A stretch of DNA of 64,000 bases from Chrysomallon squamiferum (GCA_012295275.1 CM022679.1:23126001-23190000), one strand, 5' to 3'. Shown: positions 26,062 through 40,995, numbered from the stretch's first letter. Made by a program: numbers and translations. Notes: a model not told the origin generated them from the sequence alone.

Positions 26062-29000
26062 TATATAAAATTAATTTAAAAAAATACATTATCATAGACA
26101 TTGGCAGATGAATAAAAAGATGACTACTCTCATCAGGTACCTACTCTCATCAGGTACCATTATGTGGACACGTTACTCTGCCAAAACTCCACAGCGGACA
26201 GTACAGAGTACATTGTAAAGCAATACTTGAAACCATTATAATTATTTATTTCCATTTTCAGTTTATTAGAGGTCAGATCAACAGCTAAAAAGCAAATTAT
26301 TCATGTGTTATTGGGATGTATGCCCTGATACGTTCTTTAGTCCTTGATACAGTTTTTGCACAAAAACAGAAAAAATATTTATTTGGATCTTAATTTTTCA
26401 CTTATTCTCGTTAAAACAAAAAGCATGTATGCAAACGAGTTTCCTATTTCAATTCTTTAAAAATCATTGCTCCATGCTATTTGAAGGTCATTCCTTCATT
26501 CAAGTTTCTTTTTTGTCATTATTTTTAAGTATCATGATGTAGTATCCATACAATTATTGAGCTTCATTGTGATATTTGATAACAAAGAATGAATGAACAG
26601 ACAAGTTTACCGTTTCAAAATGATTGTCACCAGGTATGTGCAGATAATCACCATGTGCACATAATCATTTTGCACAAATTGGCTGTTCCATTTAACCATA
26701 TCTCACTTGAGGATACGCACCATTTGCTTGCATTTCATTAGCTTATGTTATGTTATTTCTGGGATATTCCAGCATTAAAACACAGTCAGGAAATCCAAAA
26801 AACATTCTTGATTTTGAATATTTCCATTTGGTTGAGGTTTTCTATATCTGCACTGATTTTCAAAAAGTTACAAATTTTGAACTTGCTAGAATCACTTAAG
26901 TAGAAAACGTGACATGAATGAAAAATAGCTCGACATATTAAATTGTTTTTATCTCTTACTCAAGTTACTGTCTTTGAAATTCTATCAAGCACTGATAAGC
27001 AAGGCAGTTGTTATCTTGACATGTTATTAGAAACATGGTCAGATTGCTAAAGTGTCATGGTGGTCCAAACTTCCTTCTGAATGACTTCAATTGACTTAGT
27101 CTTCTTAAATTACTTACATATTACCTAAGAATGGTGGGAAAAAGATGTCCCTAATACATTGATATTTTTCATTCATAACTGTTTTGAGTCTCAGATGTTA
27201 TGGGATTTTAAAATAAAAATGGCCACCTGATTGCAAATCAAACGAGCACATGCTACTGTATCCTATGTTGGTTCAGTTTTTATGGATCATTCAACCAAAT
27301 TGTACGTTCCTTTTATATTGCTTTTTTCTTTTCTTTTTTTGTTTTAATATAAGAGTTTTCGATCATAAACCTCTGTTGTCTTGAATTGTGTTTAATTGTA
27401 CGAAAATAAGCAACTATTAATTATTAATTGATTTGAAATTACTGTTACTTCCATAATATTCAACATATTCACTTGATTTTCATGCCATTTTAATTTGGTT
27501 TCCAAGCTCTTTCCAGCTATGTTATTTGTTTTCAGATTTCATAATAACAATAATTTTATCATGGTTAAAAATACTAGTTAGTTCTAGAACTCATCAATAC
27601 CAGCAAACTTTATTCAGATAAAAATGTGTCTAAGAGATTTTGATTTTATTTTAAATTGCATTTATATATATATATATGGCTGCTACTAATTACTGACAAC
27701 AAGCATTAATAAAATAAGGAATGTCTCTGTATACTGTAACAAATTTGTTAAAGGGTAAACATAATTAAGACAAAGCTTTCACAAAGTTGTATGTCCTTTG
27801 CTATGCATTTTGAGCAAAGAACAAGAAGAGAAATTAGAAACCAGTTGTTTTGACAGTTGTTAGAGGTTGTTTTCTAAAGCCCACGATAGTCACAAAAGCA
27901 GTTACTCGATCCAGAAGTGCAGAAAATGAACTAATTTAAAAATAGACCACTTTTGAATTATGGGTGCTTTTAGTTTGTGTGACACCAATTTCAATTGATT
28001 GTTACTGTGTGCAGGTGATCTTTTCACAATAATTTATTGTTTGCATTAGTTTCATTTTCATTTATTATCATGTCTAAAACTAGTAAAAGACTAGTAGAAA
28101 TAAAACCTGCTGATGAAAGGTGTATTATGTCTATACAAGTATTTTAAGAACTTTATGTCAAAACAAAAATCAAACTGACGAGCTTTGGAAGTATATTAAT
28201 GTGTATGTGTTAAATACATTTTCATTCCTTATTTTTCATTTTAAGTAAAATTTTAGCCTGTCTCTAGAACCACCTGTGACACCAGGCTTGCTGAATAAAT
28301 GATTCAGAACCAGTATTTATAATGCTGAAGTCACTAAGGAAATAGGTTTTTCTTAGAATGTACTAAAAATCCAGTATTCCTGTGATTGTGAAGTTAGGTA
28401 ACAAGAAAAGCTGGAAATCTAACAAGCAAGCTGATACAGGGGAAAATAAAATATAAATAAAAGGAAATAATTGCTTTCTTTTCTTGAAAAGTTAAGGCAA
28501 TGAAAATTAATTCTGAGAAGAAATAAGTAATTTATATGATAATAATTGTTTATTATTTCTTCTCATTCTTGCAGTTGTTGTTGTTGTTGTGTTAGGCAGA
28601 GTATTATGTTATTTTATTTTTATTATTATCTTTTTTAATCGTTAATAACATTGACATTGATATCAGTGTCAGCGTCCATTTTACTTTTGGAAGAAATTAA
28701 GTGTTGAACACAAGCTGTGATGATAATTTAATTTTGTTTCATTGATTTATTTATTTATATAATTGTTATTATTATTATTTCTTTAAAAATATTACTCTTT
28801 TTGGGGAGGGAACCTTTTATTATTATTATTCTTATTTGTTTTTCTCTCCACAAAGCGGTGAATTTGCTGATATCATTTCAGAATCTTTTATATACTATTT
28901 TCTACTTGTTTCCAGCACTCTGAATGTTTTTATTACTTGTGTGTTCCTAAACAGCCTTGGTCTTCAATGTTTCTGATGTAACTAATGTAAGTACAAGGCT

Positions 29001-30906
29001 TGAAATTAACAGGCACAAGTAGCTCTAGAATGTTTCCGTTTGCACCTGAAATGCATTTGTATTATGTAACATCTTCGTGCTCATAAATAGTTCTTTTTTA
29101 CGTTCATCACAAAAGTTAATAAGAAGCATTTCAGCTTTAAATGTTAAACTAGTAACAAATTACGTAAAAGCTAGATGATTTGTAGGCCTATATCTATTCT
29201 GTTTTATTGAAATATGACGTAATATTAAAACGATATGAAATCTAATTTTGTCACTGTATGTATTATTTTCTCCATAAATAAATGGAAATAACTAATTTAT
29301 ATCAGTTATAGACAAGGCCATCACTAGCAGTAATCGTTTGTATTTTATCAGAACAATTTGTTTTCAGTTTTGGCTCTTACCCATGAATATCACAAAATGC
29401 CTCAAACATATCATAAATGCCTCTCTGCTAGATTCGAGCAATTTCAAAACTTGTATACTATATAAAGATGCAAATCTGCAGTGTCAGCAGATACCAAAAA
29501 CTTCATACTGGGTCTTGTAATCACAATTTCCAATTTTCTTTATGTCTACTTTGAACAGTTCATGGTGAAAATACTGAACAGTCACATATCATTAACAGTT
29601 ACTGAGAAACATGTATACATAATAACCTGAATGCAAACAAAAGCTGATGTATGTAAAGTTAGGATGTAAACAACAGTTGATGTACATAGCCAGTATTGGA
29701 AATTTAGGATGCATTTGTTTGTTAAGAGTAAAACTATAATCATTATTTACAAGTCTGTGAATAAGCATATAGTTAATGAAAATGCCTTTTAATGTCTTTG
29801 TAATTTTTCAATCTTTTTATTCTGACATTCTCAGTAGTGTTCTTGCTTTTCAGTACTGGTAAGAGGCTTTGTAACTGCACCAGCTGTCTAAATCAATTAT
29901 TGTGAACTAACAATGATTTTTGTTTATAATATGTTTATGCTCTGTATCCTTTGAGATAAACACACTCAAAGCAAATACTAAGCTAAGAAAACCCTTTTAT
30001 GTTTCTGCTTAAAATATGACTTACCACACCTGCACCTTTAATTGCCCTTAGTTTCATGATTATAGAGACCTTGTTGCCCCTGATTTGTTACTAATACCTC
30101 TCTGGAATGGACTCTGAGGTTTAGCTGTGTTTTTATATATGACGATTTTAACTTACGATCAATGCTTTTTGTCCTTCTAGGTAACATGTATGTATTTGAT
30201 GCGTGTCTAGTTTGTTGCATCAAATGTTACCAGCTATAATGTTAGAAAATTCAATGTCTGTATATAACTAGTAACACAGAAACAGGTTTTTAATTTGTTA
30301 TTTTGACTAAATCGAAAAAAATAGAAAAGAAAAAGAAAAAATCATAAAAAATGAAATTGTCAGTCATTAGTAATCCCAAATTGTTTACTGATCATAACAT
30401 GTTTCATAATGAAGAGTCATTTAATAAGGACAGACTATCTATTATTAATTTATATTCACATATTTAGAATACTTAAGTCTAAAAGATCAAGTTACATGTG
30501 TAAAAAAAGGCATGCTGTGCTATTTATAAACTTGTCATTAGTTGACTAGTGTTTATTTTAAAAAATTCAGTTTTCATAAAAGTTCTCTTTCAGAATAATA
30601 AAGTAGAGTATGCTAAAATTAGTATAACTTTTTAATTGTTTGATTTATCTTTAAAATGTATGCAGTTCTATAAACATTTTGCTTGATCTTGACGATTTAC
30701 ATATGTGCGTTCACACACACACACACACACAAAGTATATAAAACAAATTCTCGTATCATTTGATAAACAACCAGTCACTGTTCAATGTGTGTTCTCTGAA
30801 TCTGTATTTGGAATAATTTATCAATTTATTAATTTAATTTTTTATTTTCTATTTAAGTGAAAATTTCATTGTTGCTGTGTGTATTTTTTAACTGTTGCTG
30901 AGAACA

Positions 30907-30931
30907 ATGGCTTCTGCAGCTGATTTCAGTG
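30907..30931 (+). CDS. DED-kinase exon 1 (MASAADFS)
   Basis: ACAATGG Kozak-like context; phase-1 GTAAGT donor in frame with the DED exon. Confidence 0.65.
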
Positions 30932-33900
30932 GTAAGTATATCTGTCTGTAGAGAATGAGTCATTATGGCAAATGAAATAAGCATGCTGGTTGATAAGTGT
31001 GTATTGTCATACAAAGTACAAAACATTATTTTGGCTGATAACCATGAGCTGCTGAAGTAGTTTACCATTATCTGAAATAATTCTGATGTCTCAGAATGGT
31101 GACTTGCTTTTTCTATGTTATTTTCTTTTCAAGATGACGAAATGCGAGAAAAGCTTTCATCGATAGCAACAAAACTTGAATCTGAGGAACTAGAAAAATT
31201 AAAATTTATTTTTCGAGATGCTCTCAAGGCAAAGGACAAAATCAAAACAGCACAAGATCTTTTTGATATATTATGTAAACGTAAAATAATAAGTCGAAAA
31301 AAAATGGCATCCCTTGTAAAGGCTTTGGAGTTGATTCAGAGTGAAGATGCCATTGATATGATTGAGACCTTTTACAGAGAAGAGAAAAGGGACATCTTAA
31401 AAAATAAATCATGTGTTTCTGAATTTACTTCTCAACTTTATAAATTTGGTTCTGACATGAATGAAGAAGATGTTGAAAAATTGGCTTTTCGTTATAAAAT
31501 TAAACAATATAACAATCGATGGGAACTGCTGATTCTGTTAAGCAAGAAAGGTGATTTGAAAAATGTGAAAAGTATTGAAAAGGTTAAAAAAAAGCTGGGG
31601 ATTCCTTCAGCCGAGAGACCAGCACATCAGCAGGAACATCATCCAATTGAGCAATCATCAGAAACCGGTAATCATTGAATGAAATAAGAAAACAATAGTA
31701 TCTATGTTGTATATGAATTAGATATTTATATTACAAATATAATTTCCATTATAAACATAATTATAAAAATAAGTGAATTTAACTTCGTTGAATGTCACAA
31801 TAATGCAAGATAGTGTCGTAGGTACTTTGGGTGAAAAAACCCCAAAACATTGTGATCAGTAAATTGTGGTTGATAATTGTGGATAAAAAACAATAGTCAG
31901 TGACGTAAACATAGCACTAAAATAAATACATTGATTTCTGGTGTTTAGTTAATAATAATATCAACAGTATTTAATATGAAAAAAATATATAAAAGTTACT
32001 TGAAATCGTATGATGTATCAACGTAAAATCATTTTCATTTAAGATAAACATCGATGCGGTGAAGATCTAATCAAGATCATTATAATTATTTAGCAGGTCA
32101 AAATGCAGAAGCAGCTCAACGCATGCCTCAGCAGACGGATTATTCGCTGCCATCGTCAGAGGCTATTGATTCAAATTACCTGTGTAGCCAAATGCTACTG
32201 GCTGTGCATATCTATGGACAACATGGCAACATCACAATGTGTAAACATTGTTCACAGTGCAGACAACATTTGCCTGATGGTTAGTTTCATCTTACCTGAG
32301 AACTGTTGACATCACTTTAAACTGCTGTTTTAGCATTGTTAACATATTTACAACAACTGATGTTTTGTTTATATGTTTATTTTAATATGCATGACTTATA
32401 AGTAGTTTTTCTTGGTTCAGTCTCACAACAATTTGAGATCCTGTGAAATCCATTTGGGGTAAAAAAAAAAAAGCTAAAAAAATTTAAACATTGTGATCAG
32501 CAAATCATGATTGATAATTGTGGGTAATAACAGTAGTTAGTGATGTAAATAATATACAAAAATAAATACATCGGTTTCTACATCGGTTTGAAAAATATTT
32601 AATATATAAAAAAAATATATATTACTTAAAATCATGTGATGTATAAATGTAAACTCATTTTCACTTAAGATAAACATCGATGCACGGAAGATATAACCAA
32701 GATAATTATATCAAAAAAAAATGTGGCTGATGATTCGAATTCCCAGTATAGCCAAGAGCCAGTAGCTGTGTGCATCTATGGCCAACATGGCCAGATCACA
32801 GAGTTGAAACATTCACAGTGCAGACAACATTTTCCTGATGGTTAGTTTAATCTTACCTGAGAACTGTTGACATCACTTTAAACTGCTGTTTTAGGATTGT
32901 TAACATATTTACAATAATCGATTTGTTTATATATTTAATTTAATATGCATGACTTATAAGTAGTTTTTCTTGGTTCAGTGTTAACACAATTTGAGATCTT
33001 GTGAAATCGATTATGGGACAAAAAAAATAAAAAGCTAAATATATATATAAACATTGTGATCAGTAAATCATGATTGATAATTGTGGATAAAAACAATTGT
33101 TAGTTATGTAAATAGTGTACTAAAACAAATACATGGATTTCTGGTGCAGAGTTATTAATAATATCAACTATACTTCATAAAGAAAATAATTCTTAAAATT
33201 GTACAATGTATCAATATGAAATCATTTTCATTTAAGATAAACTTCGATGCAGTGAAGATCTAATCCAGATCATTATAATTATTATAGCAAGTCAAAATGC
33301 AGAAGCAGCTCAACACGTGCCTCAGCAGACGTTGGATTATTCACTGCCATCGTCAGAGGCTGATGATTCAAATTACCAGTATAGCCAAAAGACAGTAGCT
33401 GTAGGTTACGATGGCCAACCTGACCACACCACAACCAAGAAGATGAGAATAACAGAAATGAATGAATATTTTGATGAGAGTAATAAGTTAGGAGCCGGTG
33501 GAAATGGAACAGTTTATAAAGGTTCCGATTTTTATTGCATATTTAAATTTCATCCACATGTAGAAAATGTATCCAGTTGCTTAAGAAGTTGCAAAACATG
33601 TTTCATGAAGTCTTCCACTTTTATCTACCATAAGTAAAATTTAAATGTTGCCTACATGTTTAATTTTCTTTCTTTTCTTATACTTTGTTATTAACCAAAA
33701 ATTATTCCAAAATATATATATCAGAATAACTTGGAAATGTACAAAACAAATTCAGTCCTTTTATTGGTAGGATCCTGGATTCATATTAACTGAAACATTT
33801 CATTACTTGAACATACATGGTGCATAATTCACATTTTCTGTTATTTATTACAGGATGTAAGCAGTATAATGACTGTGACGTGATTGTCAAGGTTTTGCAT

Positions 33901-36806
33901 AGTCATAATGATAAAGAAAAGATACTGGAATCTTTCAAAATGGTAAAATTACCGCACATTTTTATCTTTTTATTATTATTGTTATTATAATTTTGTATTT
34001 GTCTGTGTTATCAGAAAGCAAAACAGTTATTTCCACTATAAGAAATCTTTTTCTTTATTTTTTATTATTTTATTATGATGCATACACACGTACAAAGCAC
34101 ATAGCAAAGTCTTTGCTGCTGCTATTGTGAAGCTTGAATATAGTTCAGGAGAGAACGGTAGACGATGGATCCTGTTACCCATTACAAATCACCTTTGCAT
34201 ATCTCTCCATGTTCCATGACATTGTAACTAAATATTTGTGTTGCAGCAAGAGAAAACCACGCTAAATGCAAATTTACAAATTTATGATTTATTTATTTTT
34301 CTGATTATAAAACTTGAGAAATAATTTCAGAAAACAACTGTCAGTGAATGCCCTCATAATGTACGTCAACGTGTTACGTCTGCATGAACATTTTACCAGT
34401 ACATACAGTGTTGTTTGGGTGTGTGGCTGCACAAGGTTCTTGATGTGCCTCAGAAAAATATTTGAATATGAGATATGTCTATTTTTTTCAGGAGATGATC
34501 TCATCTAGAAAAAAGCATCCTTTTTTGCTGCCATTGTTAGCTTATTGTGATGAGAAGCAAGGGATAAACAGGTAATTACAAAGGAAAAACTGGAATAAAA
34601 CTGGGATCAGGCCATTCAATTGGAACTGAGAGTTATTGACTTGTATACTAGTTTATCATTGTACTACCACTTGGCTCACAATTGAAACAGAAGCATAACA
34701 ATAAAATAAAAAGGACTTTTTTATTTTTTATTTATTTTTTATTTTTATATAAAATCGAAATGTTCATTATAATTAATGGAATATATATGGCAAATGTTCA
34801 AATCAAACACCCATTCTTACTTAGTTATGTCGAATATAGTCATTTGCCTTGTTATCACATGGGATTGGAAATGAATACTGACTGCTGAGCCTAGAAAAAA
34901 AAGTTTGGTGTGTATGTGTGTGCATGTCTCTTTGATTGTTAACATGAGTTTGATAATTATCTACAGAAGAGATTCCAGTCATGATTTTATTCAAGCGAAG
35001 GTTTAACAGATGGAACCCATCCACTCCCAAAAATGACACTTTGTCTGCATGAAGAAAATATTTATCTTTAATTTTAAAATATTTCATTCATTTTTAAAAA
35101 GTTTTGTTTTTGATATGTAGAATAAAAAATTAAAATGTTAAATAATCCATTTTTATTTGTTTAAACAGCTAGTACATGTTCTAACAAGACTGTTTGCCGT
35201 GGTTCTTACTATGGATTAAGGTCAAAGAAACAATTCTATGTTTTCAGGCAGTGCATTTTATTGTATCCATATATGAAGAATAAAGATCTTGATACCTGTT
35301 TAAAACAGGTGTGGGAAGGAAAAGCTACATTATTGTTGGAGGATCGTGTTCGCATTATGTACCAGGTGTCTGTAGGGTTAAAGTTCTTGCACACAAATCA
35401 TGGAAATAATGGGTATGCAATTAACATGATTAAGATAAAGAAAACAACTACATTAATTAATACTTCTTCAATTTAGTTAAATCATCTTGCTCTGAGTGTT
35501 TTTGCAGATAGGTAGATAGATGTATATATGTATAATAGCATGGGCATGCATATCTTTGTGTAAACAATCTGTACATGAATATTGCAGGATGGATGATTTT
35601 AGAGTTTGGATCTAAAACTACTATTTGTTCCTTGTTAGATAAAAATATACTAATTTATGTAATATGAAATATGGTTAAGTCAGAACTCATCTTGTATGTC
35701 ACAAATAATCTGTCTGTTGCTTTAGCTGTTGAATTTTAACATAAATATTTCCATGACATTTGTTTTCCCTCTCCCACAGAATACAGATCGTACACAGAGA
35801 TGTGAAAGCAGCAAATATTTTGCTTGATGACATGCTGAATGCTCGACTCAGTGATCCAGGAATAGCAAGAGAGCTTGATAGTCAGACATATGTGACAGTC
35901 ACAACTTCAGTGGGCACCCCAGGATATATTGATCCTGATGTTACAAGTTCAGGAGAGTTTAGACCAATAAACGATGTGTTTAGTCTTGGAGTGGGTGAGT
36001 AACTTGAAAAATTATTAATCAACACACACACACACACACACACAAACATTTCATCACGGAGGCATGCTTGAACACAAATTTACATACATTCAAACACATA
36101 CATACACATTCCTTTACAAAAGTGGCATTCCTGAATACAAATGTGTGTGTGTGTTTGTGTGTGTGTATATATATACATACATACATACATACATACATAA
36201 ACACACATACACACACACACATACCATACACACACACATACCATACACACATGTATACGTACGTGGTCAAAGATATTCGTTCAAGCCTGTATGCTGTAGC
36301 ATTAACATTTTATCGTGTGTTGTTTAGAAACCAACACACGCCACTGATTTATACAAAAACATTCACACTAGTCTACTCACATTACAATGATAATGTATAT
36401 ATGTATGTATATATCTCGCTCAGAAATAATGTTATTTTTAATTTCTTTTGATATTTTTGTATTTTTTCACAATCAGTATTGAGTTCTTTGACTGTTCTAA
36501 TTGTTGAAGTACATAATATGTAATGGTAAATCATTGTTTTCAGTTACTGTGATCATAAAACAATTGTCGTGACTTTGTATTTATGGCTTTGATGTTATTT
36601 TAAATTGGTGAGGAAAGCTTTCATCGCTGGAAGCTAATATTTCATTACAATACAGCCAAGTCTTAAGAAACATACACAGCAACACAGACATTAATAGTCT
36701 CTTGTTACTTTTCAAGCTAACTTGAAAAGCAGATATATTAATAGTCTCTTGTTACTTTACAAGCTAACTTGAAAAGCAGATTTTAAGACAAATCAACATA
36801 TCTAAT

Positions 36807-36845
<39 letters not shown>

Positions 36846-39652
36846 TGTTTATCTATGTTTGTATGTATATCAGTTATGATGACTTGTCTTAAATTATGCT
36901 TTTCTTATTTGTTTATAAATATAAATATCACTTAACTGCAATAACTTTAATAACAACAATCTTCACCATTTCTGTGAGCAACATTGGTTGGATATAAAAT
37001 AGTACATGGAGTACAAATTAAATGAAAATACAAAAACATAATACTTGAGAGTTTTTTTGTTTATTCTAAATTATAAAAATGTGTAACAGTTTAGTCCACT
37101 ATAATTCCAGTCTCTGAACAAATTGAATTGACTTTACGTTCCTGAATGTGTACTGAGTATTTTAGTTTGAGTGTTTTGTGGAACAAAAGTAGCTCTGTTT
37201 TTCAGGAGTTTTTTACTTTAGCTTTTACAGATGTATACCAGTATTTCAAGTCTCTGGACATACCAAATTGATTTATATTCTTGATTTTTATGTTGTTATT
37301 GTTTTATTCATTTTTTTTCTTTTGCTGTTGATATAACAAGAAATTATTTGACCATATTGAGGAAATATCCTGTAATTCATCGGTCCATTATGTTTTCAAT
37401 TTTTATTTAGTTTTTTTATTTTATTTTAGTTTTTTAAAGTCTGTTCACTGTTTTGTGGAATTGTTTATTTATTTGTCAAGTGAATTCACTGTTTTATGAA
37501 ATTATTTGTTATTTGGTGAATGTTCACTGTGTTGTGAAATTGTTAACAATTTAATGATGTATGTCCACATTTGCTATTTAAGTTACTGAGTGGAAACTTT
37601 TAAATATTGTTATGTTATTAATATCTGTGTAATAAATTACTACAATTATTTGTTCTTTTCTGGCATGTTGAATTTTTCACAATTTAATGATGTCTGTTCA
37701 CATTTACAATTTAAGTTACTGAGCAGAAACTTATATATTATGTTATTAATATCTGTGTAATACATTACTACATTTCAGTTATGTTGCAACTGCTTTTAAA
37801 TAAGCCAGCACAGATTGAAGTGGAAGAAAAAGGCAAGACAAAGAAGAAGAATTTATTCCAAATACATAGAAATATACTTGAAAAAGACATTCTGGAAGAT
37901 GTAAGAAAATTGTATTACTTTTCTTTTATTACAAACAAGTTGATTTGTTTCCTTCAGAAATCTAATAAAAAACTTTTTGTATGAGTCATGTCCCGTGAAG
38001 AAAGTTTCAGTTATAATTAAGTCCTGGTTTGTTTCACATTCAGTACAAGGGCTTGACCTTAGAAGTAGCTGGAATTCTAACCCCATAGTTCACTGAAATA
38101 CTACCTTTTTGTTCCGCCTCTTCAGACTTTTCATTCATCCATGTCTGAAATTCCTGCTTTTATGTGTTCTCTCTCTTGGCCCAAGGTGCTATAACTGTGT
38201 TCATTTTTTCTCTTGTCAGAATCACTGGGGGAAGTGAACAATAAAACAGTACATTTGTCACTCTTTTCATTTTTCCAAAATAACATGGAAGAAAAAGTAT
38301 TGTTTATAGACATCAGCTTGTATTTTATTGGGATTAAAATTGCAGACTTATTTCAAAACAATAAGATAGTTGTATTTTACTGGTCTTGGATTCAGGATAA
38401 AAAATATTTCATATTAAGCAAGGGATTTGTCAACCATCTTGCATTGTATGAAATTTATTTTTCAGTTTTTCTGCCTTCTTTTGTTTCATCTTTCAGGATG
38501 TCAAGAGAAAGGAAAATGCTTAGTCTTTTTTGGTTTCACTTAGTTGTGCTACAGTAGCTGAAATCATGCAATCTGGGTTTTTTCTTGGGTAAAATAATAG
38601 TATGAATTGATCAAAAATGCTCTTCACTGTCCGGCATATGTTGTTATTTTAAAAACCTGGTGTGCTGCCAGTGATAAAAGAAAGTTAAAGTCAAGGACTT
38701 AGACCCTTTAGAGTGCCGAAGTCTCAGCCAGAACTAATTTATCAAAAGTTATTATGGTTTCTCTCTGGTCATTGGGAAGATGAATGAAAAAGAATCACTT
38801 GTTATGACCGCTGATATGGTCACAGTTAAAAAACAAAAACAAAAGATGGGGAAGCTGAAAACCTAGCAGTGCTGTAGCAGTCCTTAAAGTTACACAAAAT
38901 ATCAGTAATAAAACTGTCAGATGCCATTCATCAATATTTTCTATGTTTGTATGTTTCACTTTTTCTGTATTTGTTCTTCTTTTCTTTTTTTCAGGCTAAA
39001 AAACAACACAAAGATTGGCCAGAAGAATTATTGAAGAAATTTGTCAACTTAGCTAGGCAGGCAATAGCTGTTGCTGATGATCGAATTACTCTTGATAGTC
39101 TCTCTGAACAGCTGCGTGTGAGTTGGTCTGCAGATATAAGTATCAAATTGAACTGCTTCAAGCAAGTTTGATTTGAGATATGATAACTGAAATTACACTT
39201 ATTTTATTTGCAGTCAGTTAGAAATGTGTTAATCATTTATTCTCCAAACCAGGAATATGGCATTTATTTTTAATTTAAAGACATTTGATTTAAATATAGG
39301 TTACAAGAAAAAAAATTAATTAGAAGTCATGTAATCTTATTCTCATAACCTTTCACTAACAGCAAGAAGCAATCATCTACAAAACTCACTAAAAAAGCTG
39401 GTAATTTCCAGACAATAAATTGATACTGAAATATTAAATGTATGTAGACCTTTCAGCTGATAGATTCTTGGTTACATCAGTTATGGCATTACTAAAAATA
39501 TCACTTTAATTAACCAGTCAGACTGTACGAAATAAAAAGAAAACGTTAAACCAAAAACCTTTTCAAAATTTCTTTTCTGACCTGTATACACTGATTATTA
39601 TTTTTTTTTATTTTAATTTTATTTAATGTTACTTAATTATTTTTATTTTCAT

Positions 39653-39683
<31 letters not shown>

Positions 39684-40995
39684 TTATTATTATTAGTAGT
39701 AGTAGTAGTAGTAGTAGTAGTATTATATGTCAATGAAGGGACATGTTATTACTTGCAAAATATTTGTGTTACTTTCAGTTCAGTGTGTTGTAAAGACGCT
39801 AACATTTCAAAATGTGTTTTCATTCTTTTATTATTTTTGTAACTGGGAGAGAAGGAGTCTATAATAAATCTTATTGCTTGTGAAATATTTATTTTAATTT
39901 TTTAACAGTTTGATTTATTTTTAAACAGGAACTTCTCATTAGTGCCAGAGCTGAATTGTGGAAATGTCCTTCACAGTTGACAAAGTGTGTGTCTTGTTTT
40001 GGCCAGCCAATAGGTTAGTTTTATCTTATCCGAGAATTGTTGATATCACTTTAAACTGCTGTTTTAGGATAGTTAGATGTCTTGTTTATATCTTTTTTTT
40101 TAAATATCTGGTGTTTCTGTGTCTCATTGTTTTCTTAATACTCTTACATACAAGACAGCATTCAAGCTGAAGTCATAAATATATAAATAAAACAGTGTTC
40201 AATGGATTTTTGAACAACGTTTTATACGTTGTAGTTAAGTCCATTCAGTTTTGTTGGGTGATCAAACCATGAAATAATTATTTTAGCAAAAATAAGACAT
40301 TTGAAAACAACAGATTTTAAAAAATATTTTTAAAAAAAGAAGATTTTATACATACATACATACATAAGTATATACAAGGTATCCCATAAAATTCTATACA
40401 TAGGAAAAATAAACAGTTTTATATGAAAAACCATTTTTATTTATCTATTATGCTCTACATGACTGCCATTATGTTGAAAACACATTTCAGTACGTGTCCT
40501 CCACTGCTGAAGAGCACGTTCAAGCACAGCTCTAGTTATGTTTGTAATTGCTTTGGTGATAAGTTGCTTGAGATGAAACCATATGTAGAAAATGTATGGG
40601 ACACCCTGTGTATACACCTGTGTGTGAGTGTATGTGTGTGTGTGTGTGTGTATGTTTTTGTTTGTATGTATCGTTCTAAATTTCAGAGAAGCTTAAACCA
40701 CATTCTCCAAAATGCAATGACAACTGTGCCCGCTTTTGCATGGACTGTCTTTCCAGAAGCAAAGAAAACCCACTCTTCTGTCCACAGCATGGGGAATGTC
40801 AACCATCAAATGGTAAGTACCTTAGCATTTTTTCTGTGTTGTCTTGTCTCTAACTTTGGTAATCTGTTTTATAACTTTAGAAATTATGTTCTCAGTATAT
40901 TTACTTTAAGTATCTTATTATATATATATATATATATAATAAGATACTTAAAATAAATATACTGAGAACATAATTTCCATCAAAGTTCAAGCACG

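Noticed and set aside
32195-32245. RHIM-like amyloid motif in AVHIYGQHGNITM
   Set aside because: Lacks the (I/V)Q(I/V/L)G core and sits at a chimeric junction.
35780-35994. Horizontal transfer from a plant receptor-like kinase (HRDVKAANILL, LYPYM)
   Set aside because: Plant RLKs and animal IRAK/Pelle share ancestry; the gene is intron-rich, host-like in composition and fused to animal DEDs.
40423-40956. 177-aa ORF as an independent gene
   Set aside because: Spans a GT microsatellite and the palindrome; the real exon (40687-40812) is in another frame.
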